This document shows, piece after piece, positions 49,971 through 56,347 of a stretch of DNA of 64,000 nucleotides. Made by a program: the position numbers and the translations under genes. Source of the DNA: Candidatus Aminicenantes bacterium (GTDB lineage: Bacteria; Acidobacteriota; Aminicenantia; Aminicenantales; UBA4085); assembly GCA_963729855.1 (NCBI GenBank), contig CAVSPT010000005.1, positions 439,661 to 503,660 on the forward strand. Direction: 5' to 3'. The first letter of the stretch is position 1. Each line of letters starts with the position of its first letter. Under the pieces are notes generated by a model. That model worked only from the letters and a program-made list of their open reading frames with translations. It was not told the origin of the DNA and searched no databases.

Positions 49971-50002
49971 GGGTGCCCGTCGCGAGACGGGCACCCTTTT
50001 TC
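49971..50002 (+). terminator. Rho-independent terminator after gdhA
   Basis: gggtgcccgtc-gcga-gacgggcaccc perfect 11-bp stem followed by tttttc. An upstream A-run makes it potentially bidirectional. Confidence 0.75.
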
Positions 50003-50106
50003 ATTTCAGAATCGGTCTTCGCTTCATCATTGAGAAAGCACGCCGCTTCATACTCCGACGGCCGGCTCGGTCGGATGGCCGGCAGGCCCTGACCCGGTTC
50101 AGGCCC

Positions 50107-50136
50107 TTGACCACGGGCCGGAGCGGGAGCTAATAT
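50107..50136 (+). promoter_or_regulatory. Sigma70-like promoter candidate (TTGACC-18-TAATAT) for comDE-like genes
   Basis: Read directly. Confidence 0.3.
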
Positions 50137-50222
50137 TCTATTCTAAGATGACAGCGATGCCGAGGTTAAGGGCCGGTTCCTCATAGAGGGCAGAAAACCA
50201 AATTCATAGAGGCCGTTGGGTG

Positions 50223-50762
50223 ATGATTAGCGCCAGATCGGTTTTGGACGAACTGAAGGCTTGCCATGTGACGTTCTGTGTCGGTTTGGCGGAAACGGCA
50301 TTGGCCGCTCTGGCCGCCCTTCTCGAGAACGATCAGTCGGTGCGGTTCGTTCCCGTGACCCGGGAAGGGGAAGCATTTGCTCTGGCTTCCGGATTGTGGA
50401 TCGGCGGACAGAACGCGGTCATCTTGGTGCAAAATACAGGATTGCTGGAGAGCGGAGATGCGCTCCGCGGAACGGCTCAACGCATGCGGGTCCCGGTCCT
50501 TTGCCTGATCGCGTATCGCGGCCACTCGCATTTGCTCGGGCAAAAAAAGCATAACGGGTCTGAGCCGCGGAATCCCGACGAGTTCAGCCGTCCCGACTTG
50601 GATTCGGCGGCTCTCGTCACGGAGCCCACATTGAATGCCTGGGGCATTCCCTTTGAATTCCTGGACTCCGATGCCGATCTCCCGAAAATATCACGAGCTT
50701 TCGACCGCGCCCAAAGGGAATCTCGGCCGGTCGCCCTCCTGGTCACGAACACGATGGTTTAA
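50223..50762 (+). CDS. Sulfopyruvate/phosphonopyruvate decarboxylase alpha-subunit-like (TPP enzyme N-terminal pyrimidine-binding half)
   Basis: About 180 aa: 'HVTFCVGLAETALAALAALLENDQSVRFVPVTREGEAFALASGLWIGGQNAVILVQNTG' fits a TPP enzyme N-terminal domain. Partnered immediately with the beta half. Confidence 0.65.
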   Translation: MISARSVLDELKACHVTFCVGLAETALAALAALLENDQSVRFVPVTREGEAFALASGLWIGGQNAVILVQNTGLLESGDALRGTAQRMRVPVLCLIAYRGHSHLLGQKKHNGSEPRNPDEFSRPDLDSAALVTEPTLNAWGIPFEFLDSDADLPKISRAFDRAQRESRPVALLVTNTMV

Positions 50763-50780
50763 TGATTCCTGGCGGAGACG

Positions 50781-51371
50781 ATGCTAACCAAGGAACAGCT
50801 GCTTAAGCCCCTGGCCCAGCTCCGAAGCACGGCCGTTGTCGTGACCTGCATGAGCGTAACGCGCCCCTGGGGACGCTATTCGTCGAGCGAGCTGGATTTT
50901 GCCTCGGCTGACAGCGCCATGGGTCATACGGCCGATCTGGCTCTGGGGATCGCTCTGGCCCAGCCGCAGCGCAAGGTCATCTGCTTAAATGGCGATGGAA
51001 GCATGTTGATGACCTTGGGAACGCTGGCCACGGTCGTCGCCGCGCGAGCCACGAACTTCGCCCTCTTCATCGTCCAGAATGATTCTTACGAGCTGACCGG
51101 ACATCAGCCGATTCCGGCGGCGGGGCGCATTGATTTTGCCCGGCTGGCGCGAGGCGCGGGTTTCGAACACGTCTATGATTTTGAAAATGCGGATGATTAT
51201 GAAAGGCGATTGCCGGCCGTTCTTGCGGAGGAAGGACCGGTGTTTGCGGCGGTTCGAGTCGAAAAAGGCGCGGAAGGCCCCATCAGCCGAAGCGCAAAGG
51301 AACCGTCTCGGTACCTTCAAGTCTCGCTCGCTGAATCAGCCCATCGTCTCAGGAAGATGTTGATATCGTAG
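50781..51371 (+). CDS. Sulfopyruvate/phosphonopyruvate decarboxylase beta-subunit-like (TPP-binding C-terminal half)
   Basis: 'ICLNGDGSMLM' GDG-x24-N thiamine-diphosphate motif. GGAG ribosome-binding site. Gene starts 19 nt after the alpha stop. Confidence 0.65.
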   Translation: MLTKEQLLKPLAQLRSTAVVVTCMSVTRPWGRYSSSELDFASADSAMGHTADLALGIALAQPQRKVICLNGDGSMLMTLGTLATVVAARATNFALFIVQNDSYELTGHQPIPAAGRIDFARLARGAGFEHVYDFENADDYERRLPAVLAEEGPVFAAVRVEKGAEGPISRSAKEPSRYLQVSLAESAHRLRKMLIS

Positions 51372-51509
51372 CCAAGCCGGCGGACCGCCCCCGCTCATCG
51401 CGCCGCCCGCCGTATGAGGTTCAAATCCTGCGGCCGAAATTATCGAAAACGATCGAAAGCCGAAAAGACCAGATCAATCATCGGGCCCAGGTCAAATCCC
51501 GGCTCCAAG

Positions 51510-51539
51510 TTGACGGATTTTTGGATTTTCCCATATAAT
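51510..51539 (+). promoter_or_regulatory. Sigma70-like promoter (TTGACG-18-TATAAT) upstream of the Cys-rich response regulator
   Basis: Read directly. Perfect -10 hexamer. Confidence 0.5.
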
Positions 51540-51660
51540 GGACAGCCGGAATGAAGATCTACTGAATACGGTGGGGCATTCCGGGGGGATTTCTTATGTT
51601 GCGCGGAGAGAGCATATTCGATAAACAAAGGAAAGCAGGGAGATCGACGTCCATTCCATA

Positions 51661-52371
51661 ATGCCGTCGGAGCCAATCATCATGGAGAAAAAGATAGGAT
51701 CCTTTATCCAGGTCTATTGTCCGGAAATCATGGACATGATCAACCCGGGAGAATGGACGGATTGCCCTTATTATCGAGGCCAGAAGCTCGACATGTCGAA
51801 TACCGAGGAGGCGTTGAAGCAGATCTTCCGCTGCCATGTCCAATGCGACTGCAAGATTCAATATCAGTATTACGAGGAGGGGAAGCTGGTGAAGAAGGTT
51901 CTCGATTCCGTGGAGGACCAGGAAAGCCTCCGCCGGATCCTTCTTCTGGTGAGCAAACCGACCGAGAAGCCGAATAAAAAAACGAAAATCCTGATCGTTG
52001 ACGACGACGCGGATTTCCTCGAAATGCACTCCGTTGTCCTGAAAAACAAGGGATACGAAGTCATCACGGCCCCGAGTGCAAAAAAATGCGAGCAGGCCCT
52101 GGAGAAAGGCCGGCCCGACCTCGTGATCCTGGACGTCATGATGGAGCAGTTCGACGCCGGATTTGAACTGAGCAAGAAGATCAAGAAGAAGTATGACGGC
52201 CTGCCGGTGATGCTCCTCACGTCCATCGGGCAACAAACAGGGCTGGACTTCTCCTCCAACGCCGAGGTCTTAAGAACGACCGGCGCCGACGCTCTTCTCG
52301 ACAAGCCGGTCAGTCCCGAGGTGTTCATCGCCGAAATTGAGAGGTTGACCGCGCCCATGAAGAAGCGGTAA
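51661..52371 (+). CDS. Response regulator with N-terminal Cys-rich domain and C-terminal receiver (REC) domain
   Basis: C-terminal 'KILIVDDDADFLEMH...DLVILDVMM...KPV' REC with phospho-acceptor Asp. N-terminal about 90 aa with C20, C35, C58, H59, C62, C64 ('YCPE','DCPYY','RCHVQCDC'). Alternative ATG at 51682 has the better ribosome-binding site. Confidence 0.7.
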   Translation: MPSEPIIMEKKIGSFIQVYCPEIMDMINPGEWTDCPYYRGQKLDMSNTEEALKQIFRCHVQCDCKIQYQYYEEGKLVKKVLDSVEDQESLRRILLLVSKPTEKPNKKTKILIVDDDADFLEMHSVVLKNKGYEVITAPSAKKCEQALEKGRPDLVILDVMMEQFDAGFELSKKIKKKYDGLPVMLLTSIGQQTGLDFSSNAEVLRTTGADALLDKPVSPEVFIAEIERLTAPMKKR

Positions 52372-52387
52372 GAGACCCGCGGCTTCC

Positions 52388-54475
52388 ATGGACATCCTCA
52401 GCATCTCCAACGCCAAGTGCCGCAAGTGCTACCGGTGCGTACGGGAGTGCCCGACCAATGCCCTGAAAATCGACCAGGGGGTGGTCAAGAGAATCTGGAG
52501 CCGCTGCATTCTCTGCGGGCTCTGCTACCGGCACTGCCCCCACGCGGCCGTGAACGCCCATACCGGAATCAAGCGCGTCCTCGATCTGCTCGAGTCGGGG
52601 CAGAAAGTCGTCGCCTGCCTGGACCCCACTTTTCCGGCGGTCTTGGACAGGGGCACGCCGGGCCAGCTTGTGACCGCGTTGAAAAAACTCGGTTTTCACG
52701 AAGTCTGGGAGGCCGCGGTCGGGGGCGACTTGGTGGCCGAACCCTACCGTTCCTGGCTCGCCCAAAATAGGGAATCTAGCTGGATTTCTTCATTCTGCCC
52801 GTCGCTCGTCTTTTACATTCAAAAATTCGCCCCCTCTCTGAGCAGCCAGCTCGTGCCGATCGTTTCTCCGATGATTGCCTGCGGCCGAGCGGTTAAACAG
52901 CTCTTGGGTGCCGACACGAAAGTGGTTTTTATCGGTCCGTGCATCTCTCGAATCTGGGAGCGCATGGACCGGAGCGGAAGGGAAGCCATCGATTATGTAT
53001 TGGTCTATCGGGACATCACCAACACTCTCAGGGCGAGAGGAATCGACCGCGAAGAACAAGAACCGTCAGAATTTGACGGGCCCCGGAGCAGCCTGGGAAG
53101 GGTCCTGAGCTTTTCGGGGGGGATGAGCAAGTGCGCCGGGTTCGAGCAGGACCTCCTGAATCTGGACTATGTGGTTGAGGCCGGAGCCCCAGAAGCCATG
53201 CGGGCCTTGAAGCAGCTCCAGGAAGGAAAGATCCGCGCGCGGTTTCTCGACTTGCTGTTGTGCCGTGGCTGCATCAACGGTCCCGTAACGGACATGCAAA
53301 TCTCGGGTCCCAGTCGAAAGCAGATTGTCGTGGATTTCATTAAAGCCCAGGATCTGGTCGAGCCGGCGAAAAAAAAGGAAGGCCTCGGGGAGCCCTCTCA
53401 TTTGAATCTCACACGGAGCTTTCGACCCCATGATGCGTCCCTGCCGGATCCCACGGACGCGGAGGTCGAGGCCGTTCTGGCTCAACTCGGGAAATCCTAC
53501 CCCGACCAAAACCTGGACTGCGGGGCCTGCGGCTACAGCTCCTGCCGGGAGAAGGCCAAGGCCATCGTCCTGGGATTGGCTGAGATGGAAATGTGCCACC
53601 ATTTTCTTTTGGAACGCCTCCAGAGCCTCTATTCGCAGCTGGAAAAGTCTCACCGCCAGCTCAAGAGCTCCCATGAGCAATTGGAGGGGGCCCAACGGCA
53701 GTTGATCCAGACGGAGAAAATGGCCTCCCTCGGACAGTTGGCGGCGGGCGTGGCCCATGAGCTGAACAACCCCATCGGCACGATCATGATGTTCAGCCGG
53801 ATGATCCAGAAGGAAATGGCCCAGGATCAAAAATGGCAGAAGGATATCACCATCGTCGTCCAGGAAGCGGACCGGGCGGCTAAGATCATCAAGGACCTGC
53901 TGAGCTTCGCCAGGGAAACGAAGGTCAAGCCAGGGCAGGTGAGCATCAATCCGGTCATCCAAGAAACCCTATCGCTTCTTGTCAAGCAATCTCTCTTTCA
54001 CAATATCGAAGTGGTTGTCCTCTTGGACCCGACGCTGCCGACGACGTTTGCCGATCCGGACCTCCTGAAGCAGGTATTTTTCAACATCATCCTGAACGGC
54101 GCCCAGGCTATGGAAGGGAAAGGGACGTTGACCATCCAAACTCAGAACATCGATAACGGCAGGACCATCGAAATCCGGATCCAAGACACCGGCAAGGGAA
54201 TCCCCGAGAAACACATCCCCAAGCTCTTCGACCCGTTCTTCACGACCAAGGAGAAGGGAACGGGGCTGGGCCTGGCCCTTGTTTACAGCATCGTTTCCAA
54301 ACACAAGGGATCGATCGCCGTAGAAAGCGAGCTGGAGAAAGGCGCCACGTTCCTCATCCGGCTGCCCATCCTGAGCCAGGAAGACTGGCTGAAGCGTGAA
54401 GGCCAGGTCGAAGACTTAGGGACCGGGCTCGAAGGAAAATACAATGAAAGCCCAAGCAAAGATCTTATTGGTTGA
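52388..54475 (+). CDS. Histidine kinase with N-terminal [FeFe]-hydrogenase-like (HydS-type sensory) domain: 2x[4Fe-4S] ferredoxin + H-domain-like + Cx2Cx4Cx16C + HisKA + HATPase_c
   Basis: 'CRKCYRCVRECP', 'CILCGLCYRHCP'. H-cluster motif analogues 'SSFCPS' (TSCCP), 'GPCISRIWE' (MPCxxKxxE), 'LLLCRGCINGP' (MACxGGCxxG). 'CGACGYSSC-x16-C'. H-box 'AHELNNPIG'. HATPase 'DTGKGIPEKH...GTGLGLALV'. Confidence 0.8.
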   Translation: MDILSISNAKCRKCYRCVRECPTNALKIDQGVVKRIWSRCILCGLCYRHCPHAAVNAHTGIKRVLDLLESGQKVVACLDPTFPAVLDRGTPGQLVTALKKLGFHEVWEAAVGGDLVAEPYRSWLAQNRESSWISSFCPSLVFYIQKFAPSLSSQLVPIVSPMIACGRAVKQLLGADTKVVFIGPCISRIWERMDRSGREAIDYVLVYRDITNTLRARGIDREEQEPSEFDGPRSSLGRVLSFSGGMSKCAGFEQDLLNLDYVVEAGAPEAMRALKQLQEGKIRARFLDLLLCRGCINGPVTDMQISGPSRKQIVVDFIKAQDLVEPAKKKEGLGEPSHLNLTRSFRPHDASLPDPTDAEVEAVLAQLGKSYPDQNLDCGACGYSSCREKAKAIVLGLAEMEMCHHFLLERLQSLYSQLEKSHRQLKSSHEQLEGAQRQLIQTEKMASLGQLAAGVAHELNNPIGTIMMFSRMIQKEMAQDQKWQKDITIVVQEADRAAKIIKDLLSFARETKVKPGQVSINPVIQETLSLLVKQSLFHNIEVVVLLDPTLPTTFADPDLLKQVFFNIILNGAQAMEGKGTLTIQTQNIDNGRTIEIRIQDTGKGIPEKHIPKLFDPFFTTKEKGTGLGLALVYSIVSKHKGSIAVESELEKGATFLIRLPILSQEDWLKREGQVEDLGTGLEGKYNESPSKDLIG

Positions 54476-54845
54476 TGACGACCCCGATTTTCTGGAGATG
54501 CACAAGGCCGTTCTCCAGAGCCGGGGCTATGAGGTTTTCACCGCCGCGAGCGCCCAGGAAGGCCTGGGACGCGTCCGGGCGGAGATGCCGGACCTGATCA
54601 TCCTGGACCTCATGATGGAGAAGCATGACGCGGGATTTTCCTTCAGCAAGGCGGTCAAGACCGACCCGCTGTTCAGGACGATCCCCATCCTCATGGTGAC
54701 GTCGGTGGCCGAGGCCACCGGCTATCGCTTTTCGCTCGAGGAAGACGGGTATTGGATGAAAACGGACGATTTCCTGAATAAGCCCGTTCCGCCTGAAGTC
54801 CTCCTGGAAGCCGTCGATAAACTCCTGCAGAAGAAAAAAGAATGA
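54444..54845 (+). CDS. Stand-alone receiver-domain response regulator (CheY-like)
   Basis: 'ILLVDDDPDFLEMH...DLIILDLMM...KPV'. Overlaps the kinase stop. Confidence 0.8.
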   Translation: MKAQAKILLVDDDPDFLEMHKAVLQSRGYEVFTAASAQEGLGRVRAEMPDLIILDLMMEKHDAGFSFSKAVKTDPLFRTIPILMVTSVAEATGYRFSLEEDGYWMKTDDFLNKPVPPEVLLEAVDKLLQKKKE

Positions 54846-54846
54846 A

Positions 54847-56325
54847 ATGAATACACAAGGCCGAATTCTCGTCGTCGACGATGAAATGGGAATCCGCGAA
54901 GGCTGCCGGCGCGTCCTGGCGGAGGAAGGGTACGACATCGACCTGGCCGGAGACGGAAATGCCGGCCTGCAGAGGGCCCGGGAGAAATCCTATGACCTCG
55001 TCCTGGTCGACCTCATGATGCCGGGCATCGGCGGGCTGGACATGATCAATAAGATCCACGAGATCGATCCCGAGATCATCATGGTCGTGATCACGGGATT
55101 TGCCACCATCGAAACGGCGGTCGAGGCGACGAAGAGGGGGGCCTACGATTACCTTCCGAAACCCTTCACTCCGGAAACGCTGGCCGTCCTGGTCAAGAGG
55201 GGGCTCGAGAAGCGGGAGCTCCGATTGGAGGCCCAGAGGCTTCAGCAGGAACGGGAGCAGAGGCTCCTGGAGCTGGCCGGTGAAAAGAGCCGCCTCCGGA
55301 GCATCATCGGCTGCATGGCCGACGGCGTTCTGGTCACGAACCTCGAGGGTCACCTGGTCCTCTGGAACGCCTCCGCCGTGAACATGCTGAAACTCCGGGG
55401 AACGGACGAACCCGGGAAACCTCCGGGCCATTACATCAAGAATCAGCCTTTGATCGAATCCCTGGCAAAAATCATGAACTCGAAGGACGAAAGTGTCTCG
55501 ATGATCAGCCAGGAGATCCCCTCGGATGACGCGAAATCGGTCCTGATGGCCCAGATGGCCCCCGTCCGGGACGACCAGGGGAAGCTTCTCGGAGCCGTGA
55601 CGGTCCTGAGGGACATCACGAAGCTCAAGGAGATCGATAAGATCAAATCCCAGTTCGTCTCCATGGTGGCGCATGAGCTTCGCTCGCCCTTGGCGGCCAT
55701 CGAAGGCTGGCTGGGCCTCCTGCTGTCCGGCGAAGTCGAAGGGGACAAAGAACAAAAACGACAATGGCTGCGGCGGGCGAAAGAGCGGGCCCACTCTCTC
55801 CTGGCTCTCGTCCAGGACTTGCTGGAGATCAACAAGATCGAGGCCGGGAAGGTCGCCCTGAAGATGGAGTCCCTCCAGATGACCGACATCCTGGGCAAGA
55901 TCATCGACTTTCTCAAGCCCGAAGCGGACAAGAAAAATGTCTCCATCCAAATGAGATCTCCCGCGCCGATTCCGCTCCTCCGGGCCGACGTTCAGGACAT
56001 GGAAAAGCTCTTCACCAACCTGATCAGCAATGCCATCAAATACAACGTCGAGAAGGGTTCGATCACGATCGAAACGTCTTTGGATGCGAACTACGTCGGG
56101 ATTCACGTCCACGATACCGGGATCGGCATATCCCGGGACGACCTTCCGCGGATTTTCGACGATTTCTTCCGGGCCGAAAACAGCAAAACGGCTAAGATCA
56201 GCGGAACAGGACTGGGGTTGACGATCGCCAAGAAAATCGTGGACTCCCACTTCGGGCATATCGAAGTGAAGAGCGAGCCGGATAAGGGAAGCACCTTCTC
56301 CGTCTACCTGCCTTACCGGACATGA
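54847..56325 (+). CDS. Hybrid sensor: N-terminal receiver + PAS + HisKA + HATPase_c histidine kinase
   Basis: 'ILVVDDEMGIREG...DLVLVDLMMPG', PAS-like 'IGCMADGVLVTNLEGHLVLWN', 'VAHELRSPLAAI', 'GTGLGLTIAKKIV'. Confidence 0.8.
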   Translation: MNTQGRILVVDDEMGIREGCRRVLAEEGYDIDLAGDGNAGLQRAREKSYDLVLVDLMMPGIGGLDMINKIHEIDPEIIMVVITGFATIETAVEATKRGAYDYLPKPFTPETLAVLVKRGLEKRELRLEAQRLQQEREQRLLELAGEKSRLRSIIGCMADGVLVTNLEGHLVLWNASAVNMLKLRGTDEPGKPPGHYIKNQPLIESLAKIMNSKDESVSMISQEIPSDDAKSVLMAQMAPVRDDQGKLLGAVTVLRDITKLKEIDKIKSQFVSMVAHELRSPLAAIEGWLGLLLSGEVEGDKEQKRQWLRRAKERAHSLLALVQDLLEINKIEAGKVALKMESLQMTDILGKIIDFLKPEADKKNVSIQMRSPAPIPLLRADVQDMEKLFTNLISNAIKYNVEKGSITIETSLDANYVGIHVHDTGIGISRDDLPRIFDDFFRAENSKTAKISGTGLGLTIAKKIVDSHFGHIEVKSEPDKGSTFSVYLPYRT

Positions 56326-56347
56326 AAGAAGAGCAAAGAGAGCCGAG

